A stretch of DNA of 63,420 nucleotides, counting the filler, from Octopus bimaculoides (taxonomy: Eukaryota), in assembly GCF_001194135.2 (NCBI RefSeq). It is 7 parts of 6 records of this genome, joined end to end, with 100 filler letters (N's around TTAATTAATTAA, not from the genome) between each part and the next. Parts side by side here need not be neighbours in the genome. Positions count along the whole stretch, not along the records: positions 22,483 to 28,823 come from NC_068996.1; positions 28,924 to 44,097 come from NC_068986.1; 5 more parts are not named here. The stretch is one strand, 5' to 3'. The notes beneath the pieces were generated by a model. The model did not search any database. It was given only the letters and a program-made list of their open reading frames with translations, and was not told the origin of the DNA. Positions 24,780 through 38,201 of the stretch are shown one piece after another (positions within the stretch are counted from its first letter, which is position 1; each line of letters begins with the position of its first letter). The translations under genes were made by a program, and so were the position numbers.

Positions 24780-25030
24780 GTCTGTGCACACGTTTGAATG
24801 TGGTGTGTGCCAGAGGGTTTGCAAATCCAATGGGGGTCTTAAAAGACATGTTAGGATCCACAATGAGCAGAACTTACTTGCAGGTATTGGTAGTACAAAT
24901 CAGAGGTGCAATCTGTGTGGGTGTTTTTTCAGAACATTGTCTGGTTTAAAAAGCCACATCAGACGCTATGAACGGGCTAAGGTGTAGGTGCAGGAGGTGG
25001 TCAAACTCTGTGTAAGGAGTAGACAACCAC
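24780..25030 (+). mobile_element. 3' end of a LINE ORF with two C2H2-like zinc fingers
   Basis: FECGVCQRVCKSNGGLKRHVRIH...CNLCGCFFRTLSGLKSHIRRY; the C-x2-C...GL-x2-H pattern is typical of RTE/BovB-type C-termini; short 3' UTR runs into (CAT)n. Confidence 0.65.
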
Positions 25031-25883
25031 CATCATCATCATCATCATCATCGTTTNNNNNNNNNNNNNNNNNNNNNNNNNNNNNNNNNNNNNNNNNNNN
25101 NNNNNNNNNNNNNNNNNNNNNNNNNNNNNNNNNNNNNNNNNNNNNNNNNNNNNNNNNNNNNNNNNNNNNNNNNNNNNNNNNNNNNNNNNNNNNNNNNNNN
25201 NNNNNNNNNNNNNNNNNNNNNNNNNNNNNNNNNNNNNNNNNNNNNNNNNNNNNNNNNNNNNNNNNNNNNNNNNNNNNNNNNNNNNNNNNNNNNNNNNNNN
25301 NNNNNNNNNNNNNNNNNNNNNNNNNNNNNNNNNNNNNNNNNNNNNNNNNNNNNNNNNNNNNNNNNNNNNNNNNNNNNNNNNNNNNNNNNNNNNNNNNNNN
25401 NNNNNNNNNNNNNNNNNNNNNNNNNNNNNNNNNNNNNNNNNNNNNNNNNNNNNNNNNNNNNNNNNNNNNNNNNNNNNNNNNNNNNNNNNNNNNNNNNNNN
25501 NNNNNNNNNNNNNNNNNNNNNNNNNNNNNNNNNNNNNNNNNNNNNNNNNNNNNNNNNNNNNNNNNNNNNNNNNNNNNNTTTTTCACGCAGCTATCCTCCT
25601 CCATTCTCACCACATGTCCATACCAGCGCAATCGTCTCTCTTGCACGCCACAACTGATGCCTCTAATGTTCAGCTTTTCTCTCAAGATACTTACACTCTG
25701 ACGGGTATTCACATTGACATTACACATCCAACGGAGCATACTGGCTTCATTCCTTGCGAGCTTACGTATGTCCTCAGCAGTTACAGCCCATGTTTCACTG
25801 CCATGTAGCATGGTTGTTCGTACGCATGCGTCATACAGTCTGCCTTTTACTCTGAGTGAGAGTCCCTTTGTCGCCAGCAGGGG
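25031..25883 (-). mobile_element. 5'-truncated RTE-clade LINE with (GAT)n tail; middle lies in a gap
   Basis: 25883-25579 encodes LSLRVKGRLYDACVRTTMLHGSETWA...QERRLRWYGHVVRM; after the 522-N gap comes aaacgatgatgat..., the same tail as the RTE 3' repeats at 57.1 and 62.0 kb. Confidence 0.9.
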
Positions 25884-25989
25884 TATATATATATATATAT
25901 ATATAAATGTATGTACATGTGTGTATATATATATTAGAAGCAACTATCATAACACTTCCTGGCTATTTTTCCAAGTATGATCAACTGAG

Positions 25990-26115
25990 CACTTTGGATA
26001 TTATCCAACCATTTCGTATTTGGTCTACCCTTAGGTCTCCAGCTAGTTTGTTTGGCTTGAAGAATCCTTCTTGTAATTCTTTTGAGCAACATTCTAATCA
26101 CATGTTTGAACATGG
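25990..26115 (-). mobile_element. Old RTE LINE C-terminal relic
   Basis: FKHVIRMLLKRITRRILQAKQTSWRPKGRPNTKWLDNI. Confidence 0.7.
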
Positions 26116-27502
26116 TTTAAATATTTTATTTCAAAGAAAAAAAACATCATAACCATCCCCACCTCCATAAACACCCATTGTCCCTATCCTCTGATGCCAT
26201 TCCCTTGAAATTTGCTGCCTTCACAGGAGCTCACAATACCCCCAAAACAAAGGTTTACTGTCCCAGTTAGAGCTACTATTCAAAAGTGTCTCTTATTAAC
26301 ATTATGGAGTAACATTTGCTACTTTTGGAGTGAAATACGATAATGAAATGCATGGCCCTCAATTGGCAACCACTCCATTAATTAGCAATTCCCTACTGGT
26401 TTTGGGGAACATCATTAGAATCAAGTGATATGAATTATTTATTGCTCAGAGAAACACAGAGAATAATGGAATTTAATGAAATAGTGCAGAGAGCTTCTTA
26501 CAACACGAAGAGAGAATTAACGATTTATTAAAGGTATAGCTACATGGTTAAGAAAGTCACTTTTCGTAACCATGTGGTTTCAGGTTCAGTCCCACTGCAC
26601 AACACTATGGGCAAATGTCTTCTATTTTAATGCTAGGCCAACCAATTGCCTTTATGTGAATTTTGTAGACAGAAACTGCGGAAGTTCATCATACATGTAT
26701 GTATATGTATCTGTCTGTCTATACATACATATATATATATATATATATANNNNNNNNNNNNNNNNNNNNNNNNNNNNNNNNNNNNNNNNNNNNNNNNNNN
26801 NNNNNNNNNNNNNNNNNNNNNNNNNNNNNNNNNNNNNNNNNNNNNNNNNNNNNNNNNNNNNNNNNNNNNNNNNNNNNNNNNNNNNNNNNNNNNNNNNNNN
26901 NNNNNNNNNNNNNNNNNNNNNNNNNNNNNNNNNNNNNNNNNNNNNNNNNNNNNNNNNNNNNNNNNNNNNNNNNNNNNNNNNNNNNNNNNNNNNNNNNNNN
27001 NNNNNNNNNNNNNNNNNNNNNNNNNNNNNNNNNNNNNNNNNNNNNNNNNNNNNNNNNNNNNNNNNNNNNNNNNNNNNNNNNNNNNNNNNNNNNNNNNNNN
27101 NNNNNNNNNNNNNNNNNNNNNNNNNNNNNNNNNNNNNNNNNNNNNNNNNNNNNNNNNNNNNNNNNNNNNNNNNNNNNNNNNNNNNNNNNNNNNNNNNNNN
27201 NNNNNNNNNNNNNNNNNNNNNNNNNNNNNNNNNNNNNNNNNNNNNNNNNNNNNNNNNNNNNNNNNNNNNNNNNNNNNNNNNNNNNNNNNNNNNNNNNNNN
27301 NNNNNNNNNNNNNNNNNNNNNNNNNNNNNNNNNNNNNNNNNNNNNNNNNNNNNNNNNNNNNNNNNNNNNNNNNNNNNNNNNNNNNNNNNNNNNNNNNNNN
27401 NNNNNNNNNNNNNNNNNNNNNNNNNNNNNNNNNNNNNNNNNNNNNNNNNNNNNNNNNNNNNNNNNNNNNNNNNNNNNATATATATATATATATATACATA
27501 TA

Positions 27503-27678
27503 CACAAGCTGTGATGAGTAAGTTATCACCATTTTATATTTTTAATTTCACGCATGCACATTATTTTTGATTTTATCGACTACACAGTATAGTAGGGTCA
27601 GTTGGGCACTGTCTGTGAGAGAAACAGCACCACGACGCAATTCACTCTGCCAGAAATTTGGAAACGACATGCTTTGCT
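27503..27678 (+). mobile_element. 5' end fragment of the same maT family
   Basis: ITR-like start, then gactacacagtatagtagggtcag...ctctgccagaaatttggaaacgacatg, shared with the two copies above. Confidence 0.8.
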
Positions 27679-27918
27679 AACATCTCACGAGACAAAAGCC
27701 AAAGACAATGTAACTTTTCACCTCTTGGAGGCAGAAATCTGTTACAGTCATTTAATCAGTTGATCATCAAAGATTAAATAGTCTGGTGTCAGTGAGGATG
27801 GGTTATCTCCCTAAGACCAGTTACTTGTGGGCTGGGTGAGGGGGAACAAGGGATTTATTCTTTGGGCTGCTTTTGGATCATAAGGACCCTTCTGGGCTTA
27901 ATCAGAGAACGAAGAATC

Positions 27919-28245
27919 TCATGCTTGCAACAGATAGTGCTTGAAATGGATGCAGGGGCTGAAAATTTCTTGATGAGTATACATACAGTGACCCAGGTTT
28001 CAGGGAGTCTTTGAGTATCTTTGCTCACTCATCTATGCAAAGCTTGCAGTGTATGCTCCTGCAGATGTAGGGTCCTAGCTGCTCTAAGATCTTCCACTTA
28101 TTAATCATATGGGGGTCCCTTCAACTTTGAGGTGCCACACATGACTGGCCAGAGATATGAGAAATCATCTTACCGGAACCTTGAAGGAGGACTTGTGGTT
28201 GTACAGGTGTCACTTGAAGGTCATCCTGGCTGACTCAATATATTT
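27919..28245 (-). pseudogene. Penelope-type GIY-YIG endonuclease relic
   Basis: KYIESARMTFK*HLYNHKSSFK...LASHVWHLK...KWKILEQLGPYICRSIHCKLCIDE*...QEIFSPCIHFKHYLLQA*, with stops and frameshifts; matches the PLE endonuclease pattern. Confidence 0.88.
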
Positions 28246-28690
28246 TCATTCTTGGGTGTTGGTTGTACTCACATTACTCATTCATCTTCAGTTGGCTCCA
28301 GGCCTGGGGATGTTGTTGTTGCCACTGGTGTTGTTGGGAATGCTATCAATGCTGTTATCATTATGATGCATGGGTCTGGTGATACTGCTGTGGCTGCTGT
28401 CAGTGTAGTTGTTGTCATTGTAGTGGTCATCCCTGGCCATGGTGTTGGTGCTATTGTCGCCGATGGTGATGTGGGTACTGTCAGTGGTAATGCTGGGTGT
28501 GAAGTAATGCTGTGTGCATTGGTAATGCTGTGGTGGTAATGCTAGATGTGCTAGCCCACAAATAACTGGTCTAAGGAAGATCATCTGTCCTCACTGACAC
28601 CGGACTATTCATTCTTTGATGACCAACTGACCAAATGACTATAGCAGATTTCTGCCTCCCAGAGGTGAAGAGTTACACTGTCTTTGGGTT

Positions 28691-28754
28691 TAAAGTCTGA
28701 TGAGATGTTCACGAGGCCAAAGCCTTTATGGATGCGAAACTATTAATCACTTTA
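28691..28754 (+). ncRNA. Type I hammerhead ribozyme motif (paralogue)
   Basis: Stem I taaagt/acttta; CUGAUGA 28697-703; GAAA 28736-39; AUC at 28746-48; stem III weaker than in the 24.7-kb copy. Confidence 0.7.
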
Positions 28755-28786
28755 TGACTGGATGTTAAATTTATTACTTTAATATA

Positions 28787-28823
<37 letters not shown>

Positions 28824-29446
28824 NNNNNNNNNNNNNNNNNNNNNNNNNNNNNNNNNNNNNNNNNNNNTTAATTAATTAANNNNNNNNNNNNNNNNNNNNN
28901 NNNNNNNNNNNNNNNNNNNNNNNATATATGTATAAATATATATATATATATTCACTCGTATACATCCATACTCAGAAATGTTTGCGTCCGACAATATATG
29001 TGTGTGTGTGTGCGTATGAAGCTCTGCGCCTGCGTTTGCGTCTATATCCAACATGGTGTATCTGGAAATCTAACACTAAATAGGTCTTACAATTGTTCCT
29101 TTTTGATAACCAGAAAAATTGTTGTGTTTAGATTACAGGCGTCTTTTCTTTTCATATTTATATTTGGTTAAATTCAATTATTTCTCTTTGTTGTTTTCTT
29201 TTCGTTTCGCTTTATTTTATTTAATTTTTTTTTTTCATTTTTTTTTCATCTCGTTATTTGAATGTTTATATCTTCAAAATAGTTTGTTGCATCATCAAAT
29301 CTGAGCTACTTCATCAATTCATTGCTCTAGCCGCCAATCACAAACCGTTATTTTCCAGTCGCAGCCATTATCAACGTCATTATCAAACGGTTCCACAAAT
29401 ATCAAAGACAATGTCTTCAACATTTCGAAGCATTGATAATAATAAC

Positions 29447-29520
<74 letters not shown>

Positions 29521-29524
29521 CAAC

Positions 29525-29571
<47 letters not shown>

Positions 29572-31349
29572 TAATAATAATAATGATAATAATAATAATG
29601 ATGATGATGATGATAATGATGATGATGGTGATGATAGTAAACAGCAAAAAAATAAATAGAACAAGTAATAATAACAACAGGAGTAATAATTGTTGAAGAA
29701 CAAAAAGAAGAAACAATTATGCTGAATGAAAGTGAATAAAAAAAAAAAAATACTAACAAACATATAAATAAATAATGCAATCTCATCATCACCACCACCN
29801 NNNNNNNNNNNNNNNNNNNNNNNNNNNNNNNNNNNNNNNNNNNNNNNNNNNNNNNNNNNNNNNNNNNNNNNNNNNNNNNNNNNNNNNNNNNNNNNNNNNN
29901 NNNNNNNNNNNNNNNNNNNNNNNNNNNNNNNNNNNNNNNNNNNNNNNNNNNNNNNNNNNNNNNNNNNNNNNNNNNNNNNNNNNNNNNNNNNNNNNNNNNN
30001 NNNNNNNNNNNNNNNNNNNNNNNNNNNNNNNNNNNNNNNNNNNNNNNNNNNNNNNNNNNNNNNNNNNNNNNNNNNNNNNNNNNNNNNNNNNNNNNNNNNN
30101 NNNNNNNNNNNNNNNNNNNNNNNNNNNNNNNNNNNNNNNNNNNNNNNNNNNNNNNNNNNNNNNNNNNNNNNNNNNNNNNNNNNNNNNNNNNNNNNNNNNN
30201 NNNNNNNNNNNNNNNNNNNNNNNNNNNNNNNNNNNNNNNNNNNNNNNNNNNNNNNNNNNNNNNNNNNNNNNNNNNNNNNNNNNNNNNNNNNNNNNNNNNN
30301 NNNNNNNNNNNNNNNNNNNNNNNNNNNNNNNNNNNNNNNNNNNNNNNNNNNNNNNNNNNNNNNNNNNNNNNNNNNNNNNNNNNNNNNNNNNNNNNNNNNN
30401 NNNNNNNNNNNNNNNNNNNNNNNNNNNNNNNNNNNNACCAGCACCAGCACCACCACCACCTCTACTATTAACGTATTTACCACCACGAACGCCGTCGCCG
30501 CCTCCACGAAAGGCACCTTGTCCATCACTATCATCCCCGTGTCACCCCCCCCCTCCATTATACAAGTCACTCCATCAGTTCCCCTATCTTCAACGTCGTC
30601 ACAATTATCGCCATACCAATACATCACCACATATACCATCATTATCCATCACTGCAATAACCACTTCCATCGGCATTACTACCACCACCACTGACACTGC
30701 CAACACCACTGACACTGCCAACACCACTGCCACCACCACAACAAGAACAACAACAGCAAACACCAACATCACCATCGTCTGAATCCATACCACCACCACC
30801 ACCACCACCATTAACTCCAACACCACAACCACGAACACCAACACCATGGGGTCGATAAATTAAGTACCAGTTACACACTGGGTCGATATAATCGACTTAA
30901 TCCCTTTGTNNNNNNNNNNNNNNNNNNNNNNNNNNNNNNNNNNNNNNNNNNNNNNNNNNNNNNNNNNNNNNNNNNNNNNNNNNNNNNNNNNNNNNNNNNN
31001 NNNNNNNNNTATATATATATGCACGCATATATGTATATGAGGTTAGATCGAAAAATAGATGGAGAGCTAACTGGTTAGATAGACGAGTTGGTAGATAAAT
31101 AGACAGGCATTTGCAAGCATATACCAGATTTATACTACATATAACATATGTCTTGCATTTATTTTATATAAATGTGAATGGATGTCAACTTGTTACAAAC
31201 TGACGCGTATATACGTGGTTGTGCGAGTGTGCATCCATACGCGCTTCGGTGAATGAGCTTAATTGCGTGCACTTAGTTTGAACAAACTTCTTCTATTTAT
31301 CAGTGCAGTAATAAGAATGTATATGAGTGCTTATATGTATGTATTGAAG

Positions 31350-31383
<34 letters not shown>

Positions 31384-31719
31384 ATCGCGTGCGCATGCAG
31401 AAAGACAGGCAAGCAGACAGACAGACACACACAGCACACATACACACACACACANNNNNNNNNNNNNNNNNNNNNNNNNNNNNNNNNNNNNNNNNNNNNN
31501 NNNNNNNNNNNNNNNNNNNNNNNNNNNNNNNNNNNNNNNNNNNNNNNNNNNNNNNNNNNNNNNNNNNNNNNNNNNNNNNNNNNNNNNNNNNNNNNNNNNN
31601 NNNNNNNNNNNNNNNNNNNNNNNNNNNNNNNNNNNNNNNNNNNNNNNNNNNNNNNNNNNNNNNNNNNNNNNNNNNNNNNNNNNNNNNNNNNNNNNNNNNN
31701 NNNNNNNNNNNNNNNNNNN

Positions 31720-31773
<54 letters not shown>

Positions 31774-33506
31774 GAGAGAGTAGTATGCGGGAAGTATGGG
31801 TATCATCTCTCAACGATATTTAGTGACGAGCTAACGGGTGAGTTTTTAAGTGGTCCTTTGACCACCTGAAGATGACAGCTAAACATCTCTCACTTCTTTA
31901 AACAAAGAAGGTCAAAGGAAGTAAAGCAGCCTGGTATATACCTAACATGACAGGAAGAATGTATTTCATCATAGAAATTTCTCTTCAGGTGGTGGAATGG
32001 TAGAGGCGTTAGAGCTTTGCACGTATTCAGTTACGGATTTTTAACTTTCTGATTTCAAAATCCCGTTGGGGACAACTTTTCCCTTTATTCTTCCGAGCTC
32101 GATAAAAATGAAATGCCAATCGACTATTGATTTCATTTTATATTCCTATAATGCATCCCAGATGTGAATAGAATTACAACAGAAGAGGCCAAGACCTGGA
32201 AGAAACAAACGCCAACAACAACTACATCAACAACAATAGGATGATCAGCAAACACGTAACATTTTAGTGAAGCATAAATATCACAGCTTACCATATCCGT
32301 TTCCATATCAATGAAAGGCCTACAATCTATGTCAGAACACGTAATTTTTTTTCTTCTTATATTCCATTTCTTCGGTACATTTAACGATGGTGTTAGCTAG
32401 TCCATTTTACAGCTTTAAATTCAATGTTTTATATTTCTGAATATAAATATGAAACCAAAATTTAGCTATGAAATATCCTCCCGCCGGGGGTTTCATAAAA
32501 TAGTACACTAGTGATCGATTGAGGTAGATTCCGTCCCTTATATTTCTCTGTTACAAAACAATGCACCTGTCTTTAAGCATGAAATCGTTTGTTCCAAACC
32601 ATTATCTATAGTTTAAAAAATTTCCTTTTTATTATTATACTATATCTACCGTAAATATTGTTAATAGTTCTGTTGTTGATATTTATGATCATGTGGATGA
32701 TTATGATATTCGTTTAGTATGTCTAGTCATAAGTAATGCTTTTACTGCTGTTATAAGATCAAAATATTCAGGCATTATTAATATTTTGCGATTTAGGGCT
32801 ACGAACTGGCAGAACCATTGGAGCGTCGAAAAAATGCCTTTGCTACATTTCTTCTGGCTCCGAGTTCCAATCTCGCCCAAATCAGTCTTGCTTTTCATCC
32901 TTTCGCAGTCGATAAAATAGGTACTTCACAAGTACAGGGAAATATCCTTCCGCATGAAATTGACCAATCCCCTGCTTTCAAAATTGCATGTCTTGTGCCT
33001 AATTAAAAAATGATAATTAATATTTTGTGCCCAGCAAGAAATTGTATAGTGTCCCAAGCCAACCAGAGCACATCGTTCAACCTGCTAATACAAGCAGCAG
33101 AATGTTCTTTCAAATGACACCATTTCGCTTAAAATAAGGAATGGGTCCATTATATGATGCAGTCTAACACATTTTCAATTTTCAAATAATACGAAATTTG
33201 ACACGCTTCGAATATTATTGGATGCTCTTTTTAGTAGATTGAATGACCACCTAATGTCTCTCTTCTTTTGATCTGGGGTAAAAAAAAAAAAGAACGTACC
33301 AGCCATGACACTGAATTAACTACTATGACATGATATAATATGCAGTTTCTCGTTTTAATAATGGCAGAATGAGATTTAGGGGAGATTTAGTAAAGAGATT
33401 TGGTTGTATTTTCCAGTAAGTTTTGAGACTGTTTTGGCTAGCAACAGCTGAGCCATCCATCAAGGGCGAGGTAATTTGACACAACATGATTTTTGAGAAT
33501 ACACAA

Positions 33507-33567
<61 letters not shown>

Positions 33568-34617
33568 AACAATACCAAAAGTGTTTTAAAATAGAGACTA
33601 GTGCAGGTATTGCAATTTACCGGAAGGGAACATGCAAGAATTGGTGCTATGTATTGGAAATACTGACGTTTTCGAATATATCTTGGTATCGTCCGAGTAG
33701 CCTCATAAATTCCAGACACTAGTGGGAAACGTACTGAAAGCAGCGGTTGAACTTTTGTAGACTTAGAGACTGTATATTAATGTCGGGGATAGAGATATTT
33801 TGAAGCCAGAATACGAAAACCAATTGGGGAACAATAACGGATATCAGTCCGAGAGAAAATTATTAAAGAATTCAATATATTTACTTTTAAAATGCATGAA
33901 AGAATCTAACGTTTCGGATATTTTCCTATTCCATAGCTTGCAAACAAAATACTGTCAAAATTATCGGAATATGGCGCGGATGGGTTGGGCGAATAAGTTG
34001 ATTGAACATTTGTCCAATCTCTCCTTTAACTTAGAGATATGTTATTGTTATTGTTATTGTCTATCTTTGAGACTATGTCAACCGGGATTTATCTCGGCAA
34101 TTCTTCAATATTCAGACATATTGAATACAGGACTAAATTACGCACTGCGCCCACCATACTCTTTCACTTCTTTAAATATAGTTCTATTGATGCATAGAAC
34201 ATATATACCAGAACATATATTTATGCATATACATATAATACATTCTTCCTCTATCTCTCCGTCGATATGTATATATATATATATATATATATATNNNNNN
34301 NNNNNNNNNNNNNNNNNNNNNNNNNNNNNNNNNNNNNNNNNNNNNNNNNNNNNNNNNNNNNNNNNNNNNNNNNNNNNNNNNNNNNNNNNNNNNNNNNNNN
34401 NNNNNNNNNNNNNNNNNNNNNNNNNNNNNNNNNNNNNNNNNNNNNNNNNNNNNNNNNNNNNNNNNNNNNNNNNNNNNNNNNNNNNNNNNNNNNNNNNNNN
34501 NNNNNNNNNNNNNNNNNNNNNNNNNNNNNNNNNNNNNNNNNNNNNNNNNNNNNNNNNNNNNNNNNNNNNNNNNNNNNNNNNNNNNNNNNNNNNNNNNNNN
34601 NNNNNNNNNNNNNNNNN

Positions 34618-34666
<49 letters not shown>

Positions 34667-34843
34667 ACATATATGTGTGTGTGTTTCTACATATATTTAT
34701 GTGTGCATGTGTAAATATCATATAAACACATTCGCGCACAACACACATACAGTCTAGCACATATATACGCTCTCTCTCACCCGCATACAAATCTGTTTGT
34801 TTATGCTTATGTACACACAATGTTACATCTATTCGAATCCATA

Positions 34844-34907
<64 letters not shown>

Positions 34908-35654
34908 TTTATGTATGTATATGTATATGTACTGTGTCTGCTTTCATTGTTTTTATCGCTGTCTTAAAGCAAAGATCGGCTAGAATTTACCACTGCTGAA
35001 CTTAATTAAGTGGACGCGCTATTTCTGGTGAGTGACGACCAGACGTTAAGAGAATCTGTTTACTTGATAAGAGGACACGTTAATCTGCCGTGCGAAGGTG
35101 GCGAATGTAATTGACTACACTGAACTTAGAACAGAGAAAACGACAGCTATACTACACTTCTTACTGCTTATTAAGTTACGCTGAAACATTCGTTTATTAA
35201 GATGGATAGAGAAACAAAGCCATTGACCAGAAAGAGAAAAATGGTAAAAGTTTCATTTCAAGAGAAGTGGAGTCAGTGATAGGTTTAACTAATGTCAGAC
35301 ACAGATGAACAGTGTTTCTACAGGAGGATGTTAAAATACAATTGACTTTGTTTGAAATGGTAATTTATTTCTTAGCTTTTATCTTTTACTTCTTTCTGTC
35401 ATTGGGTAACGGCCAGGCTGGAGCACCGCCTTGACGGGTTTTTGGAGAACAAATGGACCACAGTACCGACGTTTTTGTTTTTCTAGAATGTTTCGTATAT
35501 GATCTGTCGGTCTATTACGCCAAACTGCTAATTTATGGCAACGCAAACAAACCAGTACCGGTTGTCAGGTAGGCTCTGGCGAAAAACACAACTATCTATC
35601 TATCTATTGATCGATCGGTCCGTCCGTCCGTCCGTCCGTCCGTCCGCCTGTCCG

Positions 35655-35712
<58 letters not shown>

Positions 35713-35789
35713 GCTTAATGTACACAGTGTATAATTTCATTAAACGATATTTATCTTTCACTAGATTAATTCTTGTCGATCTTAAACTC

Positions 35790-36150
35790 GTGTACGTCGG
35801 TCACAACCGACCATGGGTGCACCAGAGAGGTTCCCCTCCAGGTTACAAGTCTGGGCGGAAAGTCGCCTCACCGTCGAACGCACAACATAGAGTTGTTTTT
35901 ATGGAAGACCAGCAGTCGCCCATGCATACCGGCTTCTCTTCTCCACGCCACCGATGTTACCCAAAATAAGGCCGAGAGCGATACAGCTTGGCACCAGTGA
36001 CGTCACAACTCATTTCTACAGCTGAGTGTACTGGAGCAACATGAAATAAAGTGTCTTGCTCAAAAGCACAACATACAAGGTCCGGGAATCGAACTCACTA
36101 CCTCACGATCGTAAGCTCGACGCTCTAGCTACTTAGCCATGCGCTTTCAC
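35790..36150 (-). mobile_element. SINE with head H2 and a different tail
   Basis: H2 head, then ggtgccaagctgtatcg...gcatgggcgactgctggtcttccata instead of the family C tail. Confidence 0.75.
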
Positions 36151-36406
36151 TTTGTTGATCTTACCTTAACGCACACACACATATGTACATACATACATAT
36201 ATANNNNNNNNNNNNNNNNNNNNNNNNNNNNNNNNNNNNNNNNNNNNNNNNNNNNNNNNNNNNNNNNNNNNNNNNNNNNNNNNNNNNNNNNNNNNNNNNA
36301 TATATATATATATATATATATACATATGTGTGTATGAGTGTCTGTATGTGAGTGTTTATGTGTGTTTATGTGTGTGTATATGTATGTATGTATTTAGAAA
36401 TAATGC

Positions 36407-36612
36407 ATTTCTAAATCTCTCAGAGAGATTTATGCAGTAGTGATACGATGAAGTAGTTGTATGCTGTCAATCTAATGTGACAGTCCCCTGAAGGGAATAA
36501 TACTACTGTTGGTTAGACCTAAGAAGTTGCACCGCTTCCTGTCGGCCTTGACACATTTCCTGTGTCCTTATGTACATAAGCGGTGCAGCTTCCTAGGTCT
36601 AACCAACTGTAT
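36407..36612 (-). mobile_element. Partial copy of the 49-kb family with a local inverted duplication
   Basis: Shares gcttcctgtcggccttgacacatttcctgtgtccttat and its flanks; 30-bp inverted arms at 36508-36537 and 36578-36607. Confidence 0.7.
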
Positions 36613-36746
36613 GTATGCATGTTTTGTATTAATCCAGTAAACATCTAAATAAGACAACGTCTGTTTAATACCGGACTGCATAAAACGATGCTATAGATAC
36701 ACGATATTAGTGCGACTCACTGGGGAAGATGACGTTTTGCACACAT

Positions 36747-36796
<50 letters not shown>

Positions 36797-37119
36797 ACGC
36801 ACACAATCACATGTATATATATATATGTTGTATATATGTATATATGTGTTATATANNNNNNNNNNNNNNNNNNNNNNNNNNNNNNNNNNNNNNNNNNNNN
36901 NNNNNNNNNNNNNNNNNNNNNNNNNNNNNNNNNNNNNNNNNNNNNNNNNNNNNNNNNNNNNNNNNNNNNNNNNNNNNNNNNNNNNNNNNNNNNNNNNNNN
37001 NNNNNNNNNNNNNNNNNNNNNNNNNNNNNNNNNNNNNNNNNNNNNNNNNNNNNNNNNNNNNNNNNNNNNNNNNNNNNNNNNNNNNNNNNNNNNNNNNNNN
37101 NNNNNNNNNNNNNNNNNNN

Positions 37120-37168
<49 letters not shown>

Positions 37169-38201
37169 AACACACATACACACATATACTCACACAAGCA
37201 CAAACGCTTACAGACATACAACACGCTTCTGCACATATTCCGTTTACCAAATTGTACTTACAACGCGTGGTATGTATGTAATTTCTCTTCTTAATTGGAA
37301 TTTCAGAATATATTTTTCATGATCACCTGCTTGAGGCTCAGTGGCAAAGCAAAGACGTTTAACAATTAAAAATTGACTTTTTCTTTTCGGTATTCTTTGT
37401 GCAATTAATCACCGTTTAAAAATTTTCCGAATGTCAATGTGTCCATTCGTATAGTATCAATTATGGAGCTATGTCGTGTCCCTAAATCTCCAACTTTTGT
37501 CATATTTTGATCCAGTGAGGTTGTTACTTACCCTGTCGCTCCGTGAATAATGGTTAAAATGTTTCGTGTGTGTTTTGCATACTGTATCAACGGACATATC
37601 AGTAGAGGAAAAATATTTCCTTCTCAGTTTTTTTTTTATCTGACTACTGTGACGTAAAGTAGGAAATTTTCGCCAACGGATTATACAGTTAATATACGAG
37701 TTAATTTGTTCCCGAAGACCGCTCGTAAAACAGAACAACAATTTCCCATAGTAGCAATGTTATAAATTGTAATTCGTTTTCTTTCATTGTTTCGCTAGTA
37801 TTCTTCGGATTCATGCATTTCCTCGTGTTTACCTTTAGTCTTTTATGTTTTTTGTTTCTCATTCGCTTCCTGATTGTTCTGGGCATAAAAAACATAGGTT
37901 ATGAAAGTTAATATCTTAAAAACATGCTGTCATCGTTGGAAATGATGCATCTAAATAGTCTCTATGTAAAAAAAAAAAGAGAAAGTAAATAGTTTCTGAC
38001 AAAGAAGCAGGTCTAATAAAACCTTTATATTTCGGGCTCAAAGTCCCATCTTCAGGAGAAAAGAACAGACTAAGGAAAGACCAGTTATGTAAGCTCCTGC
38101 TGATTACATTCTTCGATATTACAATGCTTCAAGCGCACACAGACAATATCATACATACATACATACATACATACATATACACACATATCGATATATATAT
38201 A

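Larger units (their letters stand above)
27679..28785 (-). mobile_element. 5'-truncated Penelope-like retroelement with inverted pseudo-LTRs
   Basis: Decayed GIY-YIG coding region flanked by an inverted repeat, 27679-27833 (-) versus 28553-28709 (+); the plus arm runs on through a hammerhead motif to 28785. Confidence 0.88.

Noticed and set aside
24748-24987. Host C2H2 zinc-finger gene (a family expanded in octopus)
   Set aside because: No TGEKPY linkers, the last His is lost, the ATG comes from a TG repeat, and the context is a LINE 3' end.
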